Shown: positions 1-10,223, numbered from the stretch's first letter. The stretch: DNA of 64,000 bases from Patescibacteria group bacterium (GCA_035529375.1 DATKWU010000009.1:157848-221847); one strand, 5' to 3'. Numbers and translations: made by a program. Notes: generated by a model not told the origin, from the sequence alone.

Positions 1-43
1 GAATATTTTTTGTCCCCTAAAAAATTATACTATTCTATTATTT

Positions 44-463
44 TTAATTTTTCTGAAGCTTAGCTAATTCTTTTCTCAGTCTGGTCATTTCCTTGGCTAA
101 ATCTTTTTGAACTCGTTTAATCTCCGTTAATTGTCTATCGGCTTTCTCATCAAGTTTAATGTCGTGTTCTATTCTCTTTCTGTCTCGTTTTCTTTGTCTA
201 GCTTCTTGCAAATCTCTTTTTACTTCTGCTTTATTAGCGGACATTAAAAGAAAGATGCCAATGAAAATTGCTTCCAAAGAAACACTGAAAGTTAATAGAT
301 TAATATCAAAATTAAGAATCAACCAAAGACTAAACCAAAGAGTATGAAAGATAACTGCCCACCAACTACCCAAAAAACAAGAAACAAGATCAGTAAATTT
401 CTCTATTAAACTTTTAGTTTTCTTGGGAATTTTAGTAGTTTTAATTAAAGGCTCAATTGGCAT
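44..463 (-). CDS. DUF1003-like membrane protein
   Basis: Two TM helices with GSW..LLTFSVSLEAIF..F.LMS motif and a charged coiled-coil C-terminus. Confidence 0.7.
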   Translation of the reverse strand: MPIEPLIKTTKIPKKTKSLIEKFTDLVSCFLGSWWAVIFHTLWFSLWLILNFDINLLTFSVSLEAIFIGIFLLMSANKAEVKRDLQEARQRKRDRKRIEHDIKLDEKADRQLTEIKRVQKDLAKEMTRLRKELAKLQKN

Positions 464-502
464 TAGTCTACCCTACTATACTAAAGAAAAAAATAAGTGA
501 AT

Positions 503-1039
503 TCAACTTTTCCAACCAAGCTTACTAAAAACAAGTTTGACTTCTTCTTTGGGTGTCATCTTGTCTGTTTCAACAATTAAATGAAAATAGTTTTTATCAA
601 ATTGATCTTTAATTTTGTAAAGCCGTTGGTGTTTTTCTATGGTCGTTTTGTCACGAAAAGTAACTTTTTCTCTGGCTTCTTTAAGAGAAACTTTTTCTCT
701 CTGGGCAAATCTTTTAATCCGAACTTCTAAAGGAGCCACACAAAGAACCCGGAAAACATGAGGCATTTCTCTAGTCAACCAACCAGCTAACCAACCCTCA
801 TAAACAATCTTTTCTTCTTTCTCCATCATTTTTTTGGCTTTTTCATCCACTTCTTTATCAATTTCTTCAGGGACATCTTGGTATCGCTCAATTGGCCAAC
901 TTTTTTTCTGACAGTACTGGCGAAAAATTTCTCCGGCCGTATGAAACCGCCAACCAAGTTTTTTGGCCAATTCCCAAGCCAAAGTAGTTGAACCCGAAGC
1001 AATGATTTTGCCAGTCACGGCAATGTTTTTATATTTCAT
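503..1039 (-). CDS. cmk: cytidylate kinase, archaeal-type (AAA/NMP kinase family)
   Basis: N-terminal P-loop G..ASGSTT, G.IFR, EG.LAGW, APLEVRI.R...RE. Confidence 0.7.
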   Translation of the reverse strand: MKYKNIAVTGKIIASGSTTLAWELAKKLGWRFHTAGEIFRQYCQKKSWPIERYQDVPEEIDKEVDEKAKKMMEKEEKIVYEGWLAGWLTREMPHVFRVLCVAPLEVRIKRFAQREKVSLKEAREKVTFRDKTTIEKHQRLYKIKDQFDKNYFHLIVETDKMTPKEEVKLVFSKLGWKS

Positions 1040-1530
1040 TAGCGTTCAATTAATTCACTGGTTGCCTCATTCCAACATTCAGGTACCATATCAACTGGGA
1101 AATAATAAGGTTCAATCTCCTCACACATCACCGTACCGTTACCATCAGCGACAATAATCCAGTCACTACCATCATTGTAAGCCAGCCACCAACCACCACC
1201 TATTTCACCAGCAAAACTAACGCCGCCTTTAGCATAAGTACCTGTATTATCACTCATCGTGACATTAACATCATTAAGGGGTTTACTATATTCCTCGGCA
1301 AAAGCCTCTTTTATTTGCTCAAGGTCTGATTTAGTCGCTTTGGTTGAAGCTGTTGGTGCTGGTAAGGCGACTGGCTCAAGTGTTGCTTCAGGACTCATCA
1401 ACGGTGTGGGTAACGGACTAGATTCAGCTAAAGATGAGCTAGATTTCATTGACCAATATAAAGCCACGCCACCTATAACAACTACTAAAACTAAAATTAT
1501 TCCTAAAAACAAAAAAATCTTTTTATTCAT
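1039..1530 (-). CDS. hypothetical membrane-anchored protein with S/P/T linker
   Basis: N-terminal TM, low-complexity linker, C-terminal domain with two Cys; SD AGGAGGTG upstream. Confidence 0.7.
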   Translation of the reverse strand: MNKKIFLFLGIILVLVVVIGGVALYWSMKSSSSLAESSPLPTPLMSPEATLEPVALPAPTASTKATKSDLEQIKEAFAEEYSKPLNDVNVTMSDNTGTYAKGGVSFAGEIGGGWWLAYNDGSDWIIVADGNGTVMCEEIEPYYFPVDMVPECWNEATSELIER

Positions 1531-1556
1531 CGAGAAAATTCACCTCCTTTTAAAAA

Positions 1557-2300
1557 CTAACTAAAAAAAACAATCAAACCAATGACCAGACAATAAAAAC
1601 CAAAAAACCAAAACTTGGCCTTCATCAAGACTCTTTCCAAAATCTTTAAAGCAAAATAGCCAATAATGCCGGCAATTATCATTCCCAGAACACCTTGTCC
1701 CAAATAGCCACAAGGTGAATAAATCAAATCCGGAATTTGTAAAACCAAAGCGCCTAGAATGGCAGGCACGACTAAATAAAAAGAGAATCGAAAAGCCGTT
1801 TTTCTTTCTGTCTTGCGTCCTAAAGCAGAAACAATTGTTGCCCCTGAACGAGAGATTCCAGGAATAATCGCCAAGGCTTGGAAAATACCAATAAAAAGAG
1901 CATCTCGCCAGTTTAATTTATCAAACTGGCGGTTTAATGATTTAAATCGATAAGTGAGAAAAAGCAAAACACTGGTAAATAATAAAGCCAATCCCACTAA
2001 TCTTAATGAATTGAAAATTTGAGTAATATAATTTTGGAGAAAAAGACCAACGATAGCGGCGGGAATTGTGCCGACAATAATCAAGTAAATGGTTTTCTTA
2101 GAAATCTTTAACCACTCTTTTCTAAAATAAAAAATAATCGCTCCTAGAGTGCCAAGATGAACTAAAATATCAAATAAAACCGGGGGTTCGGGTAGAGCAA
2201 AGAGTTTTTGGAAGATAACCAAATGACCTGAAGAAGAAATCGGTAGGAATTCTGTTAAACCCTGGACAAGACCAAGAATGATTGCCTGAAGGTAACTCAT
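1557..2300 (-). CDS. uppP: undecaprenyl-diphosphate phosphatase
   Basis: QGLTEFLPISSSGH and PGISRSGAT motifs. Confidence 0.95.
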   Translation of the reverse strand: MSYLQAIILGLVQGLTEFLPISSSGHLVIFQKLFALPEPPVLFDILVHLGTLGAIIFYFRKEWLKISKKTIYLIIVGTIPAAIVGLFLQNYITQIFNSLRLVGLALLFTSVLLFLTYRFKSLNRQFDKLNWRDALFIGIFQALAIIPGISRSGATIVSALGRKTERKTAFRFSFYLVVPAILGALVLQIPDLIYSPCGYLGQGVLGMIIAGIIGYFALKILERVLMKAKFWFFGFYCLVIGLIVFFS

Positions 2301-2331
2301 TAGCCCAATTCTATTAAATTTCTCTCTTTAA

Positions 2332-2365
2332 AACAAGAAAGCCACCTGACGGTGGTTTCCTTGTT
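2332..2365 (-). terminator. intrinsic terminator of rnpB
   Basis: Minus-strand hairpin AACAAGGAAACCACC-GTCA-GGTGGCTTTCTTGTT directly after the RNase P RNA. Confidence 0.7.
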
Positions 2366-2663
2366 GTTCCTAAAAAACCCGTAAGCCGGATTCTGTTTTA
2401 GCAGCCATCTGTCTAGGCCCTCGAACTTTGGTGCTTGGGAAGACGCCTAATAACGCACCCTTCGGAGGTTGCAGCGGGGAGGGTTACCTCTTTTCACCCT
2501 CTATCTCAAACCAATTAGGTTTAAGATGAGTTGTTGTCTCTGTGGCCCTATCTAGCTCCATACGACCAGGCGCATGGAGTGACGCCTTTCGGCGCCCACC
2601 CTGTCTTCGGCTGTCCGGACTTTCCTCCCGCCTTAAGCGGGTAGCTGCCAGTTTTTTAGGAAC
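2366..2663 (-). ncRNA. rnpB: RNase P RNA (compact, ~298 nt)
   Basis: Conserved GAGGAAAGTCCGG and ACAGAATCCGGCTTA boxes; P1 GTTCCTAAAAAAC/GTTTTTTAGGAAC; extended -10 TGCTAAAAT upstream. Confidence 0.95.
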
Positions 2664-2707
2664 GGGGTTATTTTAGCATAAAAAAGCGAAAAAATCCAGT
2701 TTTTGAG

Positions 2708-3694
2708 CTAAAACCGGTTAAATTTTTCGGAAGAAAAAAATTCTGAAGTAATTACTTGAATTAACAAAACACAAGGGACCGCTAAAACTGCCCCTAAAAT
2801 ACCGCCAAGTTTAAAGCCAATTGTTAAAGAAATGATTATTATTAAAGGATTAACGCCAGCTTCTTTGCCAACGATTTGAGGATAAATAAAGGTACTTTCA
2901 ATCTGTTGAATTAAAAAATAGAGAGCGGCAACTGCTAAAGCCATTAATGGCGAAACAGTTATGCCGGCTAAGATAGCTGGTATTGAAGCCGCTACTGGCC
3001 CAATATTGGGAACGACCTCAAAAAGTCCGGCTAAAAGCGCTAAAGGCAAGGCAAATTCAATCCCCAGTAAACGCAGTCCCAAATAGGACATTACTCCAAT
3101 AATTATCATGGAAACCATTTGGGCTCTTATCCAACCACCAATTTTCTCTTCCATGGCATCAATAAATTTCTCTGCCCTTCTCTCGCCATCACCACCAAAA
3201 AGAATATGGAGATAACGATTAAGATTTTTTCTTTCTAAAAGAAGGTAGAAAGTAATCACTAGGAGGGCGACAATCGCCACAACATTAGTTAAAATTCCCA
3301 CACTTATTTTAACAAGATTAGCTGGGACTGAACCTAGTTGTTGAATCTGACTCTCTATAATTCGCTGATCAATATTAGGAATACGTAGATCCTCAATGAA
3401 TTTTGGGGTATTGGCAATTAAAGTTGAAGTTTGATCAACCAAGGGTGGAATCACACCAGCAATTACCAGACCGATAATAAACAAAATTAAAATATAAACT
3501 AAAATAATTCCCAAAATCCGAGGAACTTTCATTTTCTCCAAACGGTCAATCGTGGGATTAATGGCCGTCATTAAAACTAAAGCAACAAATAAACCAATAA
3601 TTATTTGTCTTATTTGCCAAAGTAAACCGAGAAGAATTAAAAAAGCAGCGGTGAAGATAATCGTTCGATGAGAAATTTCAATTTTCTTAGGCAT
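2708..3694 (-). CDS. AI-2E family transporter
   Basis: Multi-TM protein with P.IGP, QQIE...YP.IVG, GGILG..LAVP motifs; start moved to MPKK. Confidence 0.9.
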   Translation of the reverse strand: MPKKIEISHRTIIFTAAFLILLGLLWQIRQIIIGLFVALVLMTAINPTIDRLEKMKVPRILGIILVYILILFIIGLVIAGVIPPLVDQTSTLIANTPKFIEDLRIPNIDQRIIESQIQQLGSVPANLVKISVGILTNVVAIVALLVITFYLLLERKNLNRYLHILFGGDGERRAEKFIDAMEEKIGGWIRAQMVSMIIIGVMSYLGLRLLGIEFALPLALLAGLFEVVPNIGPVAASIPAILAGITVSPLMALAVAALYFLIQQIESTFIYPQIVGKEAGVNPLIIIISLTIGFKLGGILGAVLAVPCVLLIQVITSEFFSSEKFNRF

Positions 3695-4598
3695 CGTTTT
3701 TAGAGTACCATTTTTCAACTAAATCTTCTACCTTATTTTCCCATCCTTTTTGATTAATGTCAAACCAATTAATTCGTTTATCTTTTTTAAACCAAGTCAT
3801 TTGCCGACGAGCAAAAGCGTGTTCGGCCATCTGCCAACGTTCAATAACGGTTTCTCGATTAACTTTTCCTTCAAAAAAAGGTTTCCATTGAAGATAACCC
3901 ATGGCGTTCATGGCTGGCAAATCCCAAGAATAATCTTGATCAATTAAATCTTTAACTTCTTTTTCGGCTCCCTCTTTGACTCGTTCTCTCACTCGCCTAT
4001 CTATTCGTTTGTAGAGTTTTTTGTAGTCAGTTTTTAAACCAATAAACAAAACTGATGGTTTTTGATGTTTTTTTGGCTGCCAATCAGGGTTTTCCTTTTT
4101 CCAAGCCACAATCTCAATCGCTCGGATTAAGCGCCTAGGATTCTGACGATCAGACTGATTTAAAGAAGCCACTTTAATTGGATCAAGCTCTTCTAAATAT
4201 TGATAAAGTTTTTTAGGAGACCAATCCTTCATGCCTTCACGAATCCGAGGATTAGGAGGAATATCTTTGGTAGCTAAACTATCGATCACAGCTTTAATAT
4301 AAAAACCAGTGCCACCCACTAAGATTGGCAGTTTGTCTTTTTTCCAAATCTTTTTAATTACTTGCCACACTAAACGATAATATTTAGAAACACTAAATTC
4401 CTGGTCGGGTTTGACCACATCAACCAGATGAATTTTAACTGTTTCAGGATGATCTTTACCCGTCCCAATATCCAAACCCTGATAAACCTGACGAGAATCA
4501 GCCGAAATCAACTCACCTTTAAACTTTTTTGACAAACTAACAGCAAGAGCTGTTTTTCCAGTAGCGGTTAACCCGCAAATAATAAGAAGCTTATTCAT
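3687..4598 (-). CDS. miaA: tRNA dimethylallyltransferase
   Basis: G.TATGKT, SADSRQVY.GLDIGT, VGGTGFY, A.RQ.TWF. Confidence 0.97.
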   Translation of the reverse strand: MNKLLIICGLTATGKTALAVSLSKKFKGELISADSRQVYQGLDIGTGKDHPETVKIHLVDVVKPDQEFSVSKYYRLVWQVIKKIWKKDKLPILVGGTGFYIKAVIDSLATKDIPPNPRIREGMKDWSPKKLYQYLEELDPIKVASLNQSDRQNPRRLIRAIEIVAWKKENPDWQPKKHQKPSVLFIGLKTDYKKLYKRIDRRVRERVKEGAEKEVKDLIDQDYSWDLPAMNAMGYLQWKPFFEGKVNRETVIERWQMAEHAFARRQMTWFKKDKRINWFDINQKGWENKVEDLVEKWYSKNDA

Positions 4599-4617
4599 TT
4601 ATGTTATATTTTAGCAA

Positions 4618-5302
4618 ATGGAGTCCAGAAAAATTATCAAAAAGCTAAAATCCCTCTCCAATCCCAAGAATGTTGAGGGAATGATTCGTTTTGGGATTAA
4701 TTCTAAAAATATTTATGGTGTTACTATGCCTTTTTTTAAAGAAAATAGCGAAACAGATTGGCAAAGATCATCAAATATCCCAACAGCTTTGGGATTCTGG
4801 AATTTATGAAGCAAGAATTCTGGCTGGGTTAGTTGGAAAACCAAATAAGGTTACAAAAAGACAAATGGAAAAATGGGTTAATGATTTTGATTCTTGGGGT
4901 GTTTGTGATTCAATTTGCAGTAATCTTTTTGATAAAACTCAATTTGCCTATTCAAAAGCCTTTGAATGGAGCAAAAGAAAAGAAGAATTTATTAAAGGAG
5001 TGGGGTTGGTGATGATAGCTTGTTTGTCAGTTCATGATAAAGAAGCCAATAATAAAAAGTTTGAGCAATTTTTTCCCATTATCAAAAGAGAAGCTGATGA
5101 TCAAAGAAATTTTATTAGAAAAGCGATCAATTGGGCCTTAAGACAGATTGGTAAAAGAAATATTGTTTTGAACAAGAAAGCAATTGTTGTCGCCAAACAA
5201 ATCCAAAAGATGGACTCTAAAAGTGCTAAATGGATTGCTAATGATGCTTTGCGAGAATTAACCAGTGAAGCCGTTCAGAAAAGACTGGTTGCGAAAAAAT
5301 GA
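4618..5302 (+). pseudogene. DNA alkylation repair protein (AlkD-like), frameshifted at a T7 run (4731-4737)
   Basis: N-terminal part (..NVEGMIRFGI..YGV) in ORF 4618; remainder (YEARILA, DSW.VCD, RKAINWALRQIGK) in the +1 frame. Confidence 0.75.
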
Positions 5303-5338
5303 TAAAATAGTTGTTGAAAATAAAGGAGGTGATAAATA

Positions 5339-5722
5339 ATGACAGGATACGTAGGAAAAATAGAGGAGATTACCGAAAAAAATACTAACTTTAGGCAAGT
5401 CCTTTTTACAGGTAAATACTGCCAGTTGGTGGTAATGAGTCTAAAACCAAAAGAAGAGATCGGGATGGAAGTCCATTCTCAAGTGGACCAATTTTTTCGA
5501 ATTGAAGAAGGGGAAGCAAAGGTAATTATTGATGGGGAAGAATCTCTTATTGGCGATGGCGATGCGATTATTGTTCCCGCCGGCAGTCAACACAATGTTA
5601 TTAACAACTCAGAGACTGAAGCCCTTAAACTTTATACAATCTATTCCCCACCCAATCATCCTGAGGGAACCGTTCATAAAACAAAAGAGGAAGCAGACGC
5701 CGCTGAGCATGAAGGACATTAA
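5339..5722 (+). CDS. cupin domain protein
   Basis: EIG.EVH..DQFF.IE.G and VPAG..HNV.N motifs; SD AAGGAGGTG. Confidence 0.9.
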   Translation: MTGYVGKIEEITEKNTNFRQVLFTGKYCQLVVMSLKPKEEIGMEVHSQVDQFFRIEEGEAKVIIDGEESLIGDGDAIIVPAGSQHNVINNSETEALKLYTIYSPPNHPEGTVHKTKEEADAAEHEGH

Positions 5723-5731
5723 GGTAACAAC

Positions 5732-6790
5732 TTAGGATTTTTTGTTAATCAATTTCTCTAAAATTTGCCACCGTTGTTTTTTCTCTTTTGGCAAAACATT
5801 GTCTTTTAATTTAAAAGCTGTCGTACCGGGTCTCGATGAATATTTAGCAATGTAGGCTTTAACAAAACCGACTTTTTGGCAGAGTTTAACCGTATTCTCA
5901 AAAGCTTCTCTAGTTTCTTCAGGAAAACCGACAATAATATCAGTACTTATCTGAATATTAGGAATTTTCTTTTTGATTTTTACAACTAATTTTAAATATT
6001 GAAAGGCCGTGTAGGGTCGATTCATCTTCTTCAAAATCTGATTATCACCAGACTGAACTGGCAAATGAAGTTCCCGACTAATCTTTGGCAAACTCATGGC
6101 TTCAATAATGTCATCAGTTAAATCCCAAGGATTGGAAGTAAGAAAAGAAATTTTCTTAATTCCCTTTATCTCGTGAAGTTGACGAAGTAAATCACTAAAT
6201 TTCCTCTCTGGCTTAAGGCCCTTACCATAACTATTAACGTTTTGGCCTAACAGAATAATTTCCTGGTAGCCTCTTTTAGCCAATGTCTCTACCTCACCAA
6301 TAATTTCTTCAAAAGGCCGACTAATTTCTTTACCTCGAGCATAAGGAACAACACAATAAGAACAAAAATTATCACAACCTTCCATAATCGAAACCAAAGC
6401 ACTAACTTTCTTTTTTCTCTTAGGCTTAACTTTTTCAGAGGTGACTAATTCTTCAATAGTTTTAAATTCGTCAACTTGGGGTAACTTCTTTTTCAATTGA
6501 CGCAAGGTGTAACGTCGTTTCTCACCTAGAGCCGAGCCAAGAATGCAACCAGTTACAATAATTTTTTGATCTTTCTTTTTTTGCTGACTAAGATTATTGA
6601 TTAAACCAAAAACTCTGTTTTCAGCTGATTCTCGAACTGAACAAGTATTAATTACAATAACCTCAGCCTTTTCAATTTTCTTGGCTAACTGATAACCTTT
6701 TTTCTCAAAAACACCAGCCATTCTTTCTGAATCCGCCTCATTCATCTGACAGCCAAAAGTTTGAATGAAATAAGTTTTTAGTTTTAACAT
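5732..6790 (-). CDS. miaB: MiaB-like tRNA methylthiotransferase (radical SAM), no TRAM domain
   Basis: TFGCQMN, NTCSVR, GCDNFCSYC, STDIIVGFP. Confidence 0.85.
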   Translation of the reverse strand: MLKLKTYFIQTFGCQMNEADSERMAGVFEKKGYQLAKKIEKAEVIVINTCSVRESAENRVFGLINNLSQQKKKDQKIIVTGCILGSALGEKRRYTLRQLKKKLPQVDEFKTIEELVTSEKVKPKRKKKVSALVSIMEGCDNFCSYCVVPYARGKEISRPFEEIIGEVETLAKRGYQEIILLGQNVNSYGKGLKPERKFSDLLRQLHEIKGIKKISFLTSNPWDLTDDIIEAMSLPKISRELHLPVQSGDNQILKKMNRPYTAFQYLKLVVKIKKKIPNIQISTDIIVGFPEETREAFENTVKLCQKVGFVKAYIAKYSSRPGTTAFKLKDNVLPKEKKQRWQILEKLINKKS

Positions 6791-6876
6791 AATTCTTAAC
6801 TCTCGAAATCTCAATCATTTAAATACTTATCTGAGGGAAATTTTGGGTGAAAAAGGAAGGATTTTAATGAGTTGAC

Positions 6877-7269
6877 TCATTTTTCTACGCATGGAGCAAT
6901 TTTTGCTTTGGAAATCCTCTCATACCCTTCAGGAGTATATTTACCAATTTCTGCTTTTGTAACAATTCCCTTATCACCAGCTCTCAAGGTTTCTCCTTCT
7001 CTGACGTCGTAAGCACCTGGATCAAACTCAACAACTCTCTCCCAAAAAAGTGTGCCTATTTCACCACCAACAACTAATCCATGTTGAGCGGCTATTTTAT
7101 GCATTTTTCGCCAATTTTCCCTCACTTGCTTCTCATAAGCTTTTCTATTAAATTCGGAAAGATCGGGATTTTTCAAAGCATTTCTAGGTCCAGACCAAAT
7201 AACCTCAGCTTCTCGGAATTCCCCTACTGCCTTCTCTAAAGCTTCCTGGTCTTCTCCGTATTCAGTCAT
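6877..7269 (-). CDS. hypothetical protein
   Basis: 130-aa ORF with GAGGAGG SD; no family recognised. Confidence 0.6.
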   Translation of the reverse strand: MTEYGEDQEALEKAVGEFREAEVIWSGPRNALKNPDLSEFNRKAYEKQVRENWRKMHKIAAQHGLVVGGEIGTLFWERVVEFDPGAYDVREGETLRAGDKGIVTKAEIGKYTPEGYERISKAKIAPCVEK

Positions 7270-7369
7270 TCTATTACCTCCTCTTTAACTAAAAAATTGA
7301 TTTACTACTTATTATATTAGTTATAATAACTCCTTCTATATTTTTAATCAAGAATGGATAATAATTTTT

Positions 7370-7444
7370 TCAAAAAATCGAATCGGTTTCTTCATCATTC
7401 ATTTCACTCATCCGACAATCAAAAGTTTTAATAAAATATTTCAT
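7370..7444 (-). pseudogene. degenerate duplicate of the miaB 5' end
   Basis: MKYFIKTFDCRMSE vs MiaB TYFIQTFGCQMNE; 28/34 nt identity between 7405-7438 and 6739-6772. Confidence 0.65.
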
Positions 7445-8034
7445 ATAAAACAAAAATACATTATTATTAATCCTATTAAAATATGAGCAATTGTAATAAA
7501 AACAACATTTCTTGTTTTCATGAACCACCAGACTACATAAATACCAAAAAAGAAGGAACCTAAAACAAGCTGTGCTCCCCAAGCAAGGTGAAGTAAAGAA
7601 AATAAAGTTACACTTAAAATAAAAATGAGTTTTTTGTTTTTCAGAACCATTTCTAAGTGATTTATAAGAAATGGCCGATAGATGACTTCTTGAACAGGAG
7701 TATTAATTAAAGCATAAATTAACAAATATAACCAAGTTGGTATTTTTTCTAGGATAGTTAATGGTTCAGGCGGGCAGAAATAGGAAAGTTTAAATCTAAT
7801 AAACAACATCAAAAGTAAAAATGAAAACGGGATCATAGGAAGAAAAAAAAGATAATCTTGCTTAGTCGGCTTAAAGTAACCAAGCTGTTTAAAATTGTAT
7901 TTTGTAAAAGTCTGATAAAAAAGAAAAATTACAAAAATAGTGACAAAAAAATATCTGACCCACATTAAAGGCAAATCTTTTATAAGAAGAAAGGGAAAGA
8001 TTGAAAATAATAAAATAATCAAATATTTCTTCAT
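7441..8034 (-). CDS. CPBP (CAAX/Abi) family intramembrane protease
   Basis: QEVIYR, FSLLH, AHI motifs in a multi-TM protein. Confidence 0.8.
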   Translation of the reverse strand: MKKYLIILLFSIFPFLLIKDLPLMWVRYFFVTIFVIFLFYQTFTKYNFKQLGYFKPTKQDYLFFLPMIPFSFLLLMLFIRFKLSYFCPPEPLTILEKIPTWLYLLIYALINTPVQEVIYRPFLINHLEMVLKNKKLIFILSVTLFSLLHLAWGAQLVLGSFFFGIYVVWWFMKTRNVVFITIAHILIGLIIMYFCFI

Positions 8035-8091
8035 TGTGACAATTTTACCATTTTAAGGCTCTTTATTTTACTCTTGTGATAAAATCAAACC

Positions 8092-8487
8092 ATGTATCAA
8101 TTCAAAGTGGCTAAATTAGTTAGAGATAAAATCGCTCAAAGAATGATTGCTAATGAAAATGCTAGTTATCGAGTTTTGAATGATAAGGATTTTATTAGCC
8201 AATTAAAAAAGAAGATTCTTGAAGAAGCCAAAGAACTAATACCTGTCAAAGATAAGGAAAAAATTATTAAGGAAATTGCTGATCTTCAAGAGATTATTGA
8301 TACTTTAATCAAAACTTTAAAATCTTCAAAAAAGGAAATTAAAACAAAACAAAGAGAAGAAAATAAAAAATCAAGTTCTTTTAGAAAAAGGCTTTATATC
8401 GAAAAGATTGAATTAGAAAACAATCACCAATGGCTTGATTATTACCTCTCTCACCCTAAAAAATATCCTAAAATCAAAAACAAGTGA
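8092..8487 (+). CDS. MazG-like nucleoside triphosphate pyrophosphohydrolase
   Basis: KLVRDKI, KILEEAKE, EIADL.EI motifs. Confidence 0.8.
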   Translation: MYQFKVAKLVRDKIAQRMIANENASYRVLNDKDFISQLKKKILEEAKELIPVKDKEKIIKEIADLQEIIDTLIKTLKSSKKEIKTKQREENKKSSSFRKRLYIEKIELENNHQWLDYYLSHPKKYPKIKNK

Positions 8488-8537
8488 ATTCTTTTTTTTT
8501 AATTGCCTTTTAAAGCTAATTCTGATATTATAGGGTT

Positions 8538-9431
8538 ATGAGTCTTGAAGCTGTCAGACGACTTGACGAACAAGCGATTGAAGCATCTGAATATCTTAGA
8601 AAAAATAATAATGTGATTGAAGCAGCCGAGGTGGCTGCTTATGCCTTAGGTTTTCCTGAAAATCCTCTTGATTCAGAAGAGATCGCTCAGATTTGTGAAG
8701 ACCCAGAACAGCGAGCCATTCTTGGTTGTTTAATCAGACTTCACGTAGATTCTCTAAAAAGTGTTGCTAATGAAAGAATCTTTCCGCCAGGAATCTTAAA
8801 ACCACTTGCTGAAGCAACTGAGACAATCAATTCTGTTTACAGAGACGAAAATTTTGTGACAGCGATTAGTGATGTTAGTCAAGACCATCGAGGTAGAGAT
8901 CATAATTTTCTCCCGGAAATGCAAAGAGATGTTGCTAAAACCGCCAAAGTCGCTTCCGTCCTTTTTACTGGCGAAGAGGAAGCCTCTTTAATTGAATACG
9001 GAGAAAGACTCTTAGAAGAAACTTACAAGACTCTTCTTGATGGCCATTTAACTAAACCCTTGATTAAAATAGAACTAGAACTAAGTCGACTTAATCGGGG
9101 AGCTGAATTTGACCGAGAGGCTTTACTTGAAGAGTTTAATAAATTAATAGTCACCGACCAAGCAGGTAACCCTCACCGAGCGGCGACAGTGGCTTCGTGG
9201 TTAGTGGTCCTTGGCCAAAGGAATAATGATGAAGAAATTAAAGAAATTGGTTGGCGAGTCTTTCAAGCAATTGTTTCAAAACACCCAGAATGGCAGTTTA
9301 TGATTCCCTATGAAAGAAAAAAACAAGTTTTAGCCCAACAAAGAAAAAGATTAGTCACTATTCTTAAACTATTCACTACTTCGCCTCAAACAAGAAGGGA
9401 ATTAAGAAAAGAGCTAATCGAAGAAAAGTAA
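8538..9431 (+). CDS. hypothetical alpha-helical protein
   Basis: 297-aa ORF preceded by TGATATTAT extended -10. Confidence 0.65.
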   Translation: MSLEAVRRLDEQAIEASEYLRKNNNVIEAAEVAAYALGFPENPLDSEEIAQICEDPEQRAILGCLIRLHVDSLKSVANERIFPPGILKPLAEATETINSVYRDENFVTAISDVSQDHRGRDHNFLPEMQRDVAKTAKVASVLFTGEEEASLIEYGERLLEETYKTLLDGHLTKPLIKIELELSRLNRGAEFDREALLEEFNKLIVTDQAGNPHRAATVASWLVVLGQRNNDEEIKEIGWRVFQAIVSKHPEWQFMIPYERKKQVLAQQRKRLVTILKLFTTSPQTRRELRKELIEEK

Positions 9432-9433
9432 AA

Positions 9434-10219
9434 CTAACTACTAGCGCTAGAATATTGAGTCAGAGCATAACGCCAAAGACGAAGTGACCCCCATAAAAAC
9501 AAACCGTTAACCAAAAAGGCAGCGACTACCCAAGGCCAAGAAATTAAGCCCATTAAGGCTTTAGTGGGAATTGTAAAAAGAAAAACCACGGGAATGGTAA
9601 AAGTTAAAACCCATCTAATTACTTCCCTATAAATATCAGTCGGAAAACGAGCCATACCGGTCATATCACGATAAATCCAAAGTAAATGGTCTACTTCCAT
9701 AGTAATGATACCAACGCTGCAAGCAAAAAGATGAAAAGAAAAACCCAAGATAAAACTATTAAACAAAAGAAGCATCGCTAAAAATAAGTGATTAAAACCA
9801 GCAAAGAGTTGTTGGGAAAAGATAAACCAAACAAAGAAAATCAAAAGAGGAATTAAAGTGATTAAATCCAAAATATCGGTGTAACCAAAAATTGGTCGGA
9901 AAAAAGAAGGCAGAGGTCTTAATAAATCTAAATCAAAATTACCTGAAGTAATCAGAGATCGGAAATGGTAAGCGCCTCGAAATAAAAACTGGGTAAAGAT
10001 ATCAACGATGTTAAAAATTAAAAAGAATAAAATTACTTGTTCGCGAGAATAACCGGCCAGAGTTTTTGTTTGGGATAAAACTACTAGCAAAAAGACAATC
10101 ATAAAAAGAAATCTCAAAACCTTACCAGTAATAAAGAAAAAACCTGACGATGAAGTCAGTAATTGCTCTTGGGCTGCATTTTTAGCCATTAAAAGCCAAA
10201 TTTTAGTCAAGCGTTTCAT
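9434..10219 (-). CDS. ABC-2 family transporter permease
   Basis: G.FD..L.RP, FP..IY, Y.SASS end; in operon with ABC ATPase. Confidence 0.85.
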   Translation of the reverse strand: MKRLTKIWLLMAKNAAQEQLLTSSSGFFFITGKVLRFLFMIVFLLVVLSQTKTLAGYSREQVILFFLIFNIVDIFTQFLFRGAYHFRSLITSGNFDLDLLRPLPSFFRPIFGYTDILDLITLIPLLIFFVWFIFSQQLFAGFNHLFLAMLLLFNSFILGFSFHLFACSVGIITMEVDHLLWIYRDMTGMARFPTDIYREVIRWVLTFTIPVVFLFTIPTKALMGLISWPWVVAAFLVNGLFLWGSLRLWRYALTQYSSASS

Positions 10220-10223
10220 TAAT

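Noticed and set aside
503-1039. Inactive kinase because the P-loop lacks Lys
   Set aside because: Archaeal-type cytidylate kinases commonly have GSG(T/S)TT.
7445-7582. Upstream part of the 70-aa ORF 7370-7582
   Set aside because: Overlaps the CPBP gene; only the last 24 codons (miaB-like remnant) are meaningful.
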